Of a stretch of DNA of 64,000 nucleotides, positions 1 to 13,003 are shown one piece after another (position 1 is the stretch's first letter; every line of letters starts with the position of its first letter). Both the position numbers and the translations under genes were made by a program. The stretch covers positions 19,028,950-19,092,949 of the forward strand of contig NC_134029.1 in the NCBI RefSeq assembly GCF_964204645.1, written 5' to 3'. The notes below the pieces were generated by a model. It saw nothing but the letters and a program-made list of their open reading frames with translations. It was not told the DNA's origin and made no database searches. Source of the DNA: Tubulanus polymorphus. Lineage: Eukaryota > Animalia > Nemertea.

Positions 1-245
1 CAAGTTAGCCATTTAAACGGGTGACAAATTTCGTCGAACAATAACGTCAGTCCAGGTCATGCTACATTTTATCACCGGTCAAATTATTACCTATAAACTG
101 GTTTTGGAAGTGACTCACATTGCATAAGCATTGTTAAGTATGAGTGAGTGGTTTATGTGTGAACGCGCTCTCTAATTAGGCGCGGGCCAAATTTGAATCT
201 GGTCTGATCCAAACCTATCCGAACCTATCCAAATTGTCTCTATGG
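1..245. mobile_element. Partial copy of the AGCCGCGATCACACG MITE family
   Basis: Shares GGAAGTGACTCAC, GAGTGAGTGGTTTA.GTGTGAACGCGCTCTCTAATTAGGC and CCAAATTGTCTC with the other copies. Confidence 0.7.
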
Positions 246-3200
246 GGCCCATGAGGTCAGAGTTTGTCCTATATAAGTGTCACCACAGTTAGGGCAGTGA
301 TGCTCTTTTTAAGTGTAAGACGCTGGATTGCCCATTCTCACGTGTCCACGTCTTTTCTGCCATTAATTTTCAAACTTGAGGCTTCAGTACTTATTCAATT
401 TTTAAACTTGAGAGTACTTATTGAATATTGTTCCAGCATCTACTTACCGTATATGTTATCCATAAGAGTAGTTTTTTAGTTAACATGTAGGTACGCTCTA
501 TGTCGCGGTTATATTGCGCAATTGATGCCAAGTATAAATATAGAATCGTCTTTTTTTATCTCGTCATTCCCGATGGGTGTGGTCTGATGTATTTTGTATG
601 TAAAGATGCATTGAAATGAACGCGACAGAAATAGAAAATAACTTCACACGTAGGTACCGGGTATTTGAAGGCTGACAGTATTTCACGTCCCTCGTCCGAT
701 GTATTCATTTCGGTTTATAACGAGAGTTTTAATTAGATTTAATCAATCAAATTGTAAGTAAAGCCGGGGTTTAAGATCAACGTTGTATCGGTGACTGGCT
801 TTCCGCTGACTGCTGACGACCGACTGTCACGAGCTTTGTATCGTCCATTCTAGTAGATCCGAGTCCACCTATCACAATAGGCAACAGTTGGCAACTGTTC
901 CTGATTTTCAGTATTCGGTACTACTCTATAACGAGAAATACTGATTTCTTTTGGTTGATGCATACAGAAATATCTAAGATGTTACTGAGAGTCTGACTGT
1001 GGATTACTGATTTATTCGAACATTTCCCTTCATATATCAATGACAATGAGATTTTACTGAAGAAATAATTATAAGAACGCAACTATCACAATCTTCATGA
1101 TGATAATGAGTTTATTTACATGTTCAAACGTTTCGATCGATTTCGACTCATCTCTTCGAGTCCTTTTCAAGAAATGACATGACAAGATACAAACTATGTA
1201 TAGTATACTGTTACTAATTACAGAGAATATCATGCAGGCGTGAAGTGGCCTAGTTTACAAAGTACAAATGGATTATAAACATATCAAAATACGTTCAGTA
1301 AAAATGAGACACCATGTGTGGAAAGTTGTTTGTTAATACTTGGTTTTTTGGATTTTATATATAATGCCTCTTCGATGGTGATTTCAAAGTCATTTTTTCC
1401 AGAATCAACGAATCGTTTTTCTTGGATGAATCAATTATCAAACTGAAAACTGGAATGATATATGAGTAGAAAAATGAATTTAAAGTGTATATGTTCGGTG
1501 GGTGCTGTGATATGTTCGGATTTGGGCATAAAAATTCAGTCCAAAGTTCATTAAAATTCTGTTCAAAGTTCATCGAAAATGAAGTAATTTTGACTAGGTA
1601 AGAGTGCTCGTCACGCCATCTGGTGGGATAACTGGTCTCGCAGTATCCTCATTAAACGAGCGTTCCCGTCGGTCTAGACGTGATCAGGTATCAAAAAAGT
1701 TCTATCGACATTCGGTATTATTTTCTGATTAGTTCGGATAGTTCGCTAACGCCTGATTTCGAACTGAAACTAATAAAACCTGTCCGACCTCGACCGGGGG
1801 GGGGGGGAGGGGGGGGGGTAAAACGAGACCGAACTCATCGGGCGAACCGCGTCATAAACAAGCTGTTTTTGTTTTCGATGTCGCGACGTCGTCGTCTGGC
1901 AGTCGTTCGATTCGGGATCACGAGAGATCGGCTTTGGCGAAACGCGGCGAAATCGTAGAAAATCTCTGTGTACCCAACATGTCGGCGGCGCGCGCGAGAC
2001 GCCGCCGGTATTCGCTTACATCGAAGAAACATATCCATCAATCAAAGCTTCTCATTAGACTTCATCGGCTTCCCGAAGTCGAATTCGATGATATCGTTTT
2101 GATGATAACCGGCCCCGTAGCCAAGGAGGAAGCGATAGGCTTGAACGGTCCACATTTCTTCGAAATATCAAGAAAAATACTATCCCTTATATATCTATTT
2201 GTTTAGCAATACGAACGACTTGAAAATAAAGTCACCATATACGTATGTACGTATGTATATCGCCTGAGAGTGCATCTTCCGGTTGCTATTTTTCCTAAAA
2301 GTTCTGGTTAAAGCGACTAAACCCCCGAGCGAGACGTATACTTTTGTGAATGTCGCATCCCCCTAAAGATAACAACGCTTCAAGAAACAATTTGCTTCAA
2401 AAGAAGCTGTTTTGAAAATTTTCCTGGCTGCCCCTAACCCCTTAAGGACTTTTTGTCTACAGCGCTTGTGTTCATGTTCCAAATATGTGTAGATCTCGGA
2501 TTTTTTGGACCCCCTTATTCAAACTTCCCGGATTGCCCCCCCCTCTGTAAAGGCATATGTTGATATATGAATATAGGTGTATATATACCATAAACCTAAC
2601 AGCATGGATGCAACCTGACTCTTTCAAAATAATTCATGAAAGCTTAATCGTTAATAACACATCAACGTATAAAACCTAAAATCTACAAAGGCAATAGCAA
2701 TATAAGTTACGATACCGGATTTAATCAATTTTAAGATACAAACTATTCATGCGATGACGATTTTGTTGAAATTCTTCTACAAAACGATATGCCGCGCAAC
2801 ACGAATGTATTAAACGTTGTAATGGCTGAATAGAGTAATAATGAATATATATATAAAAGGGCATCGAGAATAATGGTGATTATCTACGTATTTGGCCTAT
2901 GTCGTCTGTTATAAGGATGGTTAACCGTTTGCCATCTTTGCCGCCATGCTCATCAACAGGTTATGTACTGTACGCTCCTATACTGGCGATGACGACGACG
3001 ACGACGTTGTTGATCATAGGCTTTCCTGCGGGATCAGGATGTTCGGTTGCCTAGCGACGTATTCGCTTTAAATGTGAAGGGTTGTCGGCGCTGCGCAGAG
3101 AACTCTGTGACATGTCTCCGCGGCGACGGCGAGCTCGCTGATTCTCCGCGTTCGTGCTCAGTATTATGATCGAAGTTGTATTTGTGGGATGCTTTCCGGT

Positions 3201-5427
3201 CAAAAAGAGGTGAGTGGGATGAAATGAAATGAACAGACGGTAAAGAAGAGGCGGTCGGCAGACGTGTAATCAATCGGGTTTTTTTTTGTATTCGTGCGGG
3301 AATCTTTTTACTCTCTTCGTCGAAATAAAGCTTTGTCGGTGTTCTATTTCGAATGATGCTAATATATACGGGTAAAAAAAACAATTGTTGAAAACTTTTC
3401 ATGTTCTTGCGTCGAAGATTGAATTTACGCTTTGATTTGAATGACATTTCGATATTTGAGTTACGATGACCTGTTGGCGGTGAAGTCCGTCCTCGATATG
3501 GTACAAATAAGCATTTCACAGATTTGACAGAGTTTTCTATAAAAAAACACCTTTCAGCTCTGAAGCCCCACCTTCCTCTAAATAGCAAATTTCACGAAGA
3601 TGTGTTGAACATTTATTGTTTTTTATCTTGAAATAGGGATTGTCTGCTTGATATGTTTGATTGGTAGATAGATTTCAATTAATTTTTTAATTGGGCTCGT
3701 AGAAAGTACATCGGATGTGTCAACAAACAATTTTAATTTTGAAATCTATCTTTGGTGACAGTTAACCCCTTCTCTTTCCACAGTGTAAGAGAAGAGTACA
3801 GAGACGCAACCTGATTGCCAAAGGTATATTTCCTGACATGATTGTTTGATTGACAGTTTGAAGTTGACAAGCAATTAGTCGAAATTAGCCCTCAACGCGG
3901 CTATTGATGGAAATTATCGATTTATCGATTATAGATATGGCAATTGACGAATAACTAATTACGCCGTACTTATCGGGTCAATTAAGGTGACACATCAGTT
4001 GTTTGGCTTTTTGATAAGTTAACTTGGACGAGACTTGAACCGAGCGATTAAGAAAATTATCGCCGGTCATTTCTTATAAGTAGTAATTGTCGTATGGAAA
4101 AATGTCTATTATCGATCCACGTTCATCATGGTGGTCGTGTCCTCTTCAGGCGGGGACATTCGATTCAATCGAGCTTGTAAAATCTACGATGACTTCTTCT
4201 TTTTGTAAGTAGTTCAGCGTAGATATTTTGGACATCGCTGGTTATTGTTTTTTGTTGGTAGATGAAAGGAACTTGTATCGGTCGGATAAGAAAGCAGTTG
4301 CGTAGAATGTTTACTGATATGCTTTAGTGTCATGTGATAATATTTTATGTTGAGTTCAGATCTGAAGGTGGTGCGAAAAGTAGATTTTCACACTTCGTAG
4401 GGGAGGCCGGTTTTAAGAGGCTTATCGTAGGGGAGGCCCATTTTAAGAGGCCTATGGAGACAAGGAATTTCAACTGGAAGATGAAGTGTTGACGACGTGT
4501 GAGACGTGCTCTCGAAAAACGAAACAGTTATTCTCGTCGTTGGAACGGGATTCGTAGAATTGCGTAAAATTTTCCAGCCGGATCTGAATATTTAGGCATA
4601 TTTCAGGAATCGAATTTCAGATATTTTATCAACTGACGACGGAACCGATGCTGCCCTACATTTATGAACGGTCGTGTAAACATAGGAGTATAACATTCTG
4701 GGGGGCTGAGATATGTCACCCGAATAAACCAGGAAGTGTATGCGCGGCTTCTGTCGGCTGCGGTTAACCTTGCGGGTCAAGTACGGTGCTTCCTTATTGT
4801 TCAGGATGTGATCGGTTTTCGCCATTAAAGACTTGATAATGTTTTTAAGGAGTTCCTGAACGTGTTGGATATCTCTCGGGGAAATGAGACATCTCGTATA
4901 TTGGTAATGCGAGCGCCGATCTCCCCGAACGGAATGAGCTCTAGGTCATAGCATCTACGCAATTAGTTAACTGCTACGATGCATTTCTGGTTGTGATATA
5001 AGTAGCTGTCGGCAGAGGTTTATTCATTTAACAGGATACATTTTCTTTCTTGTAAAACGTGGTCGGCCCTGGCAAAGCTGAAAAATTTCTTAACAGAAAT
5101 ATGTCTATAAGTTTGTCTTTTTGATCTTAAAATAGGGATTGTCCCCATTATTTATTTATTTGGCTGGTAAATTTTGTTTGATTTTTCGATTGAGTGTCCC
5201 TTACAGACCCACCACACCTGCCGGGAGCGAAACAGGGGGTTTAACCATAGTTCATGAATTAGACTACCTGAGTTAGAACAATATCTGTACCCAGTTCTGC
5301 AGTTGTGAGTAATGATTTGACTCATCGAAAATGAACTGATTTTAACTCACAGTTAACTATAACTCATAACTGGAACTGGATCCTGAACTGTTGCCGATCG
5401 ATAATGATATCCTATTGTCATTTTCAG

Positions 5428-8400
5428 ACGTTTGAATACCCTGAATCGATGTACGACTATGAAGATTGATACGTCATCCAGGAAGGCTGTCAACGACGTC
5501 ACTGTAAGTTGAAATTGATTTATAAGTTGTCTGATTTTGAGCCAGTAGTGGTCATTTAGAATTTTTCGGTTTAGTAAGACAACGTTTTGATACTTGTGTT
5601 GCATATCGTCTAAAGCCACGATCACACAAACATCTTTGGTGCGGGCAAACTTTGGCATGTGCCAAGTTCGCCTAGAACAACTGTTCACACGGGTGCCAAA
5701 TGGCCCCAAGTCTGCGGGCAAATTTTAACACTGGTGAAATTATTATGTTTAAATTGCAACTGGTCGCGGAAGTGGCTCACTTCACTTAAGTAATGAGTGA
5801 GGGGTTTACGTATGGACGCACTCTCTGATTAGGCCTGGGCCAAACTTGACTCATGCCTGATCCGTGCCAATTTTGCCTGGGCCAAATTGTCTCCATTGTC
5901 GCTTTGCAAGTTCATCAAAATAGAGAAAAGTATCTATGATTAACTGTTAGCATATAAGTACTTCACCAGTGGTATTAGCATCATCCTGTTAACTGGAATC
6001 TCTGGGGAGTAAAGTGATAAATGCCGAGTAAGGAAAAGGCAGCTTCGTTAATTGTATAATGATAATACTAGCGTTGTTCTCGATAATCATGCGTCATTTC
6101 AACGTATTTCAGCAAGACGAGTCCGACGACGAGGACCAGTGCGCGTTGAGCGACAAATGGAAATTTCAACGCAGCAACCATCGATGGTCGCGTAAAGAGC
6201 TGGAAGATACGCCGCCGATTCCCGTCGTGGTCGTCGATTCGAGCGCGAGCCAGCCGCAGCCGATTACTTCGTGTAGCAGTCACGACAGCGTGCTCACCGA
6301 CAACGACAGCTCCGGCCACGTCGACGACAGTCCGAAACTGACGCCGAAATCGTTGCCGCTGATGTCGCATCTGTCACCGGGCGACGGTCTCGACGTCGGC
6401 TCGCGGCTACACCCCGACGACGCTGATGACGACGACTTGACGAGTCCGCGGCTGCGTCGTGCGGCCAGCGAAAAGATCAAAGGCGCGAAAACGTTTTTCA
6501 AACGCATGGAAAGTTTGAAGGGTAACAAACGCAAGAAGAACAATAACAACGGCGGCAAACAGCAGCATATATCGAAAGAGGGCATCGGCAGTCCGACGCT
6601 GACCGATGTCGAGGATATGCAAGCGCGAATCGAACGATTAAATTGCGTCGATATTTGTTCGGCCGACGAAATGTCTCCGCCGCTGTCTCCATCTTTAGGG
6701 CAATATTCGAGCGTGAAGGCGTTTTCGGACACAGACTGTTCACCCGTTCACGAAAGGTACGGTCTAAACGCGGCGGCCGCCTCCGAAAATACGTTGAATC
6801 CGAGTCGCAGCGACAGCGAAAGTCTCGGTTCGCAAATTCGCCATAAACGCAATTTAAGCGACCTAGCCGGCGCCACCGGTTACACGGACATGTCTCGCGA
6901 GTTTAGGATTCCTAAGGTGCTATCCAACGGATATATCGAGGCCGGCAGCGGCAGTTTGAACTATCGCACGGGCAGTTTTAATCTCGGCAGCGACTCCGCC
7001 GAGAAGGACGAGATGCTCGATCGCGTGCGCCGACGCACGGAGTCGACGCACTCGCAGTGCCCGCGCGAGCACCGCGTCAGTTTCTACGATAACGTCACGC
7101 CCGACGAGCCCGACCCGCAAAAAGAACTCGACAAAGTGCTCGAGGACTTATTCCAGAATATAAACAGCCTAGCGAATTTCGGCGGCGAGGATGGCGAAGA
7201 TTCGAATTTGAACAACGAGTTAGCGACGACTAGTAAACCGGAGGAGAGTTCCGACGATGCATTTACCATTCCAGGCATTTCTATAGATTCCCCTGAGAAG
7301 ACTAGTAGTCCAATAGAAATCAAACCTCCTAGGCATAGTCATACAAGTGAAGGTTAGTCGAGTCGATTTTACGTAATAATCAAATCAGTCCTCGAGACAT
7401 CGCCGCTTATCCTTAGAGTACTTGTTATGTTAATTGAGTTTTGCAGTCCTACGTATATGTGAACGTCTTTCAATGACTGGTAAAGGCTAAAATGGCTAAT
7501 ACAGTTTTCTTTAACCCTTTCAGTGCTGACTAATTGATACCCTTAAGTGCTGGTGATAATTTGAAAAGTTTTAGAGATTCCCCCAGCATTTCTCTTCAGT
7601 GCATCTAGGCCGTGGTGTATGTTAGACAGGTGTTGCCATCTTTCAATAGAGATAAAAACCAATTACTATTCACATCAATGCACTGCTATGCGGTGTACTA
7701 GCACAGTCCATCACGGATTTGTACACTGCACTGTGGTGTAGATGCACTGAAAGGGTTGATACCTATCAATCCTCTTTAGACGCAAGGCAACAATTTTGCT
7801 ACACGAACAAATGAATAGTTGACTTTTTGTTGTCTTTTTCAGAAGGAATTCAATTTGATTTTGATCAAACAGACGAATCGGCTGTATTCGAAGGCGATAA
7901 TGTAGAAAGTCCTTGCTCCGATGTGCAAATCACTCGACACATGGTGGTCTCGACAACCGACACATCCTCGGCTCCGGAAACAGTCAGCGACCTCGAATCT
8001 CCTCTGTCGCCGGAAGACGGGTCTGAACAGTCGACGTCCAGTGCGAGGGAACGTCGCGATTCCGGTGTTGGGTCTTCACTAACTAGAACGCCTAGGTAAG
8101 AAATTGACAAAGTTATGGTGAAGAATATCCGAACCCAGTCATAAACCGGGCTGGCCATTTTACCTGGAAAAGCGGTAAAACTCAGAGAATCAAAAATAAT
8201 CAGGAAAAACTTATGGAATTTGGATAATGCTATTGACTACATGCTTCTTTATCAGTACATGATTCAATGAAAGATAATTGAATTGTAACTTTTTAAACCT
8301 AGAAATTTCTCTGATCCACTAATTTTGTATAATCACGTGGGATAATCAGGGTAAATTCAAGAGATTTGTAAATGGGCGGAAAGTGGCGCCACCTGGTGAG

Positions 8401-11400
8401 GTACTTTCTATTTCGGTGACAAACATTCCACCTAAAACGTTTTCGGTTCTATTCAGTAGCGAACGACGACGGCCGAGAATTCGCTGGCACAGTTTCCAGA
8501 AGTCGCATCGTCCCAGTCTCGGAAGCAAAAACCTACAAATATCGAGTCATTCGGCCGGACAGCTGATGGTCTTACGCAAGCTCGCACTGCTTAAACTTAC
8601 AGGCATCATGGATAAATATTCACCGTCAAACAGAACAGGCTGGAGTTGGTAAGTGTTATTCACACCAATCTATAGACTTAATGGCAGTACCTTTGGGGGA
8701 CATCTTTCACATTTCTTGCTCCCACCCTTTGGAATGCTCAACCCAAAAATATTTGTCTAAAAACCGGCTCCTAAAAACATACCTGTTCACTGGATTACTT
8801 TAAAGCACCTTTGAACATTGAATCAGGGAAAATGGGCGCTATATAATAGTATTTCATCATCGCGCTTGAAATTATAGTTTATTCAGATATCCTGAAATTG
8901 CGCTTGTCTCGAACATTTTTGTGTATTAGTGTACTTCTTAGTAGGCTTTAGTTTAAGAAATCAGACTTTTGAAAGGTTAGCTCAAACCTAGGGCAACAGT
9001 CATTTGAAGTCATTGATGTTTTGTTTGGTATATTGATTTTGACACATGAGTACACTTGTTTTTGTATTGGCCTAATGTAAACCATGTATTTGCCACGATT
9101 ACATGTGAGAACATAACTACAAAATTACCCTGATTAATTTCATCGAGGGTCAACGTATCGAGGCACTCCTCGGGTCAAGTTGACAAATTTTTCCATAAGT
9201 ACGAAAATTACGAATAACGACGATCCTTGAGGTGTTAATACCGCGGCACTTCTATCATGAAATGATGCATTTGGTTTTTTTTGTTATTTCAGGACGATGC
9301 CGAAGTTCATCAAGCGATTCCGCGCTCCCGACTACAAAGATAAGAACGTTTTCGGCGTGCCGCTGCTCGTCATGTTGCAGCGAACAGTACAACCGCTGCC
9401 TCAGTGTATTTTGTACGCGATGCGACATTTACGCCGGACAGCGCCCGAACAGGTCGGCATATTCCGTAAATCGGGCGTGCGCTCGCGGATACAGAAACTG
9501 CGCAATCAACTCGAATCGAATCCCGACATGATCGACTTCGAATCGATACAAGAGTACGACGTCGCCGATCTTTTGAAGCAATATTTCCGAGAGCTGCCGG
9601 AATGTTTACTGACGAACAAATTCTCGGAGATATTTATCAGCATTTACACGTGTAAGTTCGATATTGTCTGAAATTCAACTCGATCTATGCGCTCTAAGAA
9701 GAATTTCAGTAAAATGAACAATTTTGTATCGTTATTTCAGACCTACCTCCCGACCAGCGACTTGAGGCCTGCCAGTCAGCCATTATGTTGATGCCCGATG
9801 AAAATCGAGAGGTTCTTCAGTCGTTGTTGCTATTTTTGAGTGATCTTGCACAGCATTCCGAGAAAAATCAGGTACAAAATATTCACCAAGTCTCAAATAA
9901 CGAAACTGAAGATGGATTCGACATTTTATTCGAACTTTTTTTTCTGTCGTTCCAGATGAATGCAAGCAATCTTGCCGTCTGTTTTGCTCCGTCTATCTTC
10001 AACATTCTGCGAAACACGGATAACCGTTCGGCGTCGAATAGCCCGAAAAGAGGTCGTAAACATACGGGCGGTATCCCGGACCAGAAAGAGCTCGTCGAAC
10101 AGAAAGCCGCCCACGAGTGCCTGACGCAAATGATCACTGAATGTAAAAAGTTCTTCATGGTAAGCATTTCATAAACTAATTCTTCATGATGTTATTTGCA
10201 CCCGATGAAATTACTACCTAATACTGTGAAGTCGAAACACAGTTATAATATGGATAGATTTTAAAGCATTGGAAGATTAGGAAATCAGAAATCTAAATTA
10301 GAAAACTAACTAGGAAGGTTTATTGACCCCTTGAAAATTGAAGCATATATTGCTTGATATTGTCAACAATAAATAGCATAATAAGCATCAATAGTGCACA
10401 TCCTCTCAAAAATATTTATTAAGATTATTCGACAAAAAAAAATAAGAGTTATGAAACATATTCAATTACGAAATATACCAGGTACGCTAGAATTCACAAT
10501 TTTAATTGTTATTTTGAAACGCCAATATTGATTACGTACATCAACTTATACAGATACCCTTAAATAATGCATACTGTGTATCAATGTATATAAACATTAT
10601 CGTAACGGTTTTTATGGTGACAAAAAATCCTCTGGAATATGTAGATACTATGCAAAATAGATACGTAGAATCTGCATTAAATCAGTATCGATTCGAATCT
10701 GATTTGATCGCGATTCATTCCTTTGCTAAGTCGATTCACTGCTTCGAACGATTCTGAATTCTTCGAAACCATTCCAGATCCCGGAAGATGCGTTAAAGAA
10801 ATGCCGTTTTTCGTACATCGAACAAGGTGATCCGTCGACTTTAGAAGAACTTTGTAAGACGCTGAGCGACGGAAAGCCGAACTATCCTTCGTACATCGAA
10901 TCGTGCATCCAGGGTGTCTTAAAGGTGAGGAAGTGTAAAGATTTCGAACGAGTTTGATTTCTAAAGACCCAACTTAGCCATTTACATTTCAGTTCTTTTA
11001 GTCTTTGTTCGGTTTATCGCATGTTTAATGTCGATCTCGCTTGTTTTTAAAAGGAATCTCGCGAGAAATTTAAAGGATGGGTCTCGATACCGAGTGAGAC
11101 GGATGTTGATTTGTCGTATAAGAAAGTTGGCGACGGGCATCCGCTGCGACTGTGGAAATGTGCATTAGATGTACCGGCCCCGCCGATTGAAGTTCTGAAT
11201 AGAGTATTACGCGAAAGGTAAGCACCTATTTCAACAGTTTTCTAGTAAGAATAAATACATTCTAGCATTCTTTCTTCATTCAAAGCACACTGAAGAAACG
11301 GCCAAATTTCATCCCTTAGGATATTTTTTGTTTTTCATTTCCAAAAGCTCTTATATAATTGATTATGCCGAAAAGATTTTCTTCGTCCAGAAGAGGTCAT

Positions 11401-13003
11401 TCATGAACTAATTGAAATTTTTCTATCCAAATTTTAAAAAAACGTAGCATCGTGTTGGTTTCCCAAATTTCTTTCTATCTAAGCTTATAGACTCTTAAAG
11501 ACTGCTGAGCTATATGGTTCTTCTTAGAAAAACGTATCTACATGATGTAACGCTCTTACAGACGACTGCTTGGCTATATGGTTCTTCCAGAAAAATATAT
11601 CTACGTGATATAACTTCATCGTCACACTTTGATGCCCTATCTCTTATATGTCATTATTTCTAGGCATTTATGGGACGAAGATCTGCTGAAATGGCGAATT
11701 GTCGAACGACTGGATAAAGAGACAGAGATTTTCCAGAATGTGCGAAACAGTATGGCTCCACACCCTACAAGAGACTACACGACCCTCAGGTAAAGACATA
11801 CGCAACAGACACGACTGCCATCTGGATTGATATGGTAGAACTAACTCATTATATGTCGTGTGCAACGAGCACATAAGAATATCTAGCTATGATATAAGAT
11901 GGATTTCTGATTATACCCAATGCTTAAGACTTTGATGCGTTACCTGATTTAATGCACTAGCCTGAAAGGGATCTATGAATCCACTCCTGATACTTAGATA
12001 ACACATTGCAATGTTTCACCTGATAGTTTGACAAATATTGAAAGTTTCACCTACTTAGATGTGCTCTTGAAACTTATCTTCTTATTCAAGCTTATATCAT
12101 AAGCCAAACTTCATTATGTATCGATGTTTCTTGTGAGTGCCTTAGACCAGTATTTTACTGAACAAGGCACTGAATATGTAAAATAGATAATTAAATGAAT
12201 CTTGAATATCTACTAAGAAGATGTCTGAGTTGCTTAGTTTTTGTGTGGTATGAAATATGTTACAATTTATCTATTTCAGATCATGGCGCACTGATCTTCC
12301 GAAGGGAGCGTGTTGTCTCGTGGCTACGTCAGTAGAACATCCCGAAGCTCCCTTACTAGGTGGCGTACGCGCAGTCGTATTAGCTTCCCGATATCTGATC
12401 GAACCGTGCGGATCGGGAAAATCGAGAATAACGCATATGTGCAGGACTGATACGAGGTAAATTATTTCTAGATACAGTATAGGCACAAACTCAGCTACTT
12501 CAATCTAATCCCAATAATTGTCTTAAGCGTCCACTCTCAGCGGGGGCTAGAACCTAATGGCATCGCTAGACTCAGCCAGGACCAGAAACCCTGCAGGCAC
12601 ATGTGCAGGATTGCCGCAAGGAAACTGGCAGCGCCAATCAGATTTCATGTGCTATGATCGCTGAAGCAAATTTTCATGGATAAACTTTAAGCGGCAAAAC
12701 CCAGGCTAAAATTTGATTTCTGATTGGCTAATAAGTTCATCGTCTAAGCTGCGTATGTGGCAGGGTTTCCTACCGTGGCGAGTCTCAATGCCATCACGTT
12801 CAAACCTGTGCCGAGAGAGGATGTGACTAATCAAGGTCCAAAAACTAGGTTTTTATTCATGCATCATTCTCTTCTTTTTCAGAGGTCGAACTCCTGAATG
12901 GTACAATAAAGCATTCGGACATATGTGCGCGACGCTGTTGCTTAAAGTTCGCGAATCTTTCAAACATAGTACTCCGACACATGGTCCCGAAACAAAAGTG
13001 TGA
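5428..13003 (+). CDS. STARD13: DLC1/STARD13/STARD8 (crossveinless-c)-family RhoGAP with C-terminal START domain, 5'-partial. Exons: 5428-5503, 6113-7352, 7843-8095, 8457-8648, 9293-9651, 9741-9871, 9956-10159, 10778-10924, 11054-11217, 11664-11789, 12280-12456, 12883-13003 (about 1062 aa in window)
   Basis: All introns are GT-AG and phases join into one open frame. Family motifs: end of SAM domain RLNTLNRC...DESDDEDQCALSDKWKFQR; tensin-binding-like SFYDNV; LD-like motif ELDKVLEDL; ERRDSGVGSSLTR; RWHSFQ; PDYKDKNVFGVPL; arginine finger GIFRKSG; NLAVCFAPS; START domain ESREKFKGW...DGHPLRLWK...SRYLIEPCGSGKS...GRTPEWY; C-terminus GPETKV. The N-terminal SAM exons are not in the window. The symbol is a family label (co-orthologue of DLC1/STARD13/STARD8). 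Confidence 0.95.
5614..5903. mobile_element. Copy of the AGCCGCGATCACACG MITE family
   Basis: TAA|AGCCACGATCACAC left end and the shared internal blocks. Confidence 0.75.
7515..7755. mobile_element. piggyBac-like MITE
   Basis: TTAA|CCCTTTCAGTGC ... GCACTGAAAGGG|TTGA; homologous to 26489-26745 and 41766-42053. Confidence 0.75.
8690..8860 (+). mobile_element. 3' fragment of an L2/CR1-group LINE
   Basis: Degenerate ORF2 C-terminus SFTFLAPTLWNAQP...LKTYLF followed by AAAGCACCTTTGAACA...GGCGCTATATAA and a short (CAT)n tail. Confidence 0.65.
12529..12822. mobile_element. Degenerate long-TIR (fold-back) MITE; one arm recurs at about 23560-23635
   Basis: CTCTCAGC..GAAC..ATGGCATCGCTAGACTC..GAAACCCTGC versus GCAGGGTTTC..GAGTCTCAATGCCAT..GTTC..GCCGAGAG. 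Confidence 0.55.

Noticed and set aside
3034-3588. 184-aa minus-strand ORF
   Set aside because: Non-ATG start, no recognisable domain, and composition typical of AT-rich non-coding DNA.
3784-3823. 40-nt exon-like segment (ttccacag|...AAG|gtatat)
   Set aside because: Its only open reading exits in phase 1, which is incompatible with the phase-2 acceptor at 5428, and it has no SAM similarity. It could still be non-coding.
6068-7323. Several 66-150 aa antisense and alternate-frame ORFs
   Set aside because: They are shadows of the GC-richer RhoGAP exon 6113-7352.
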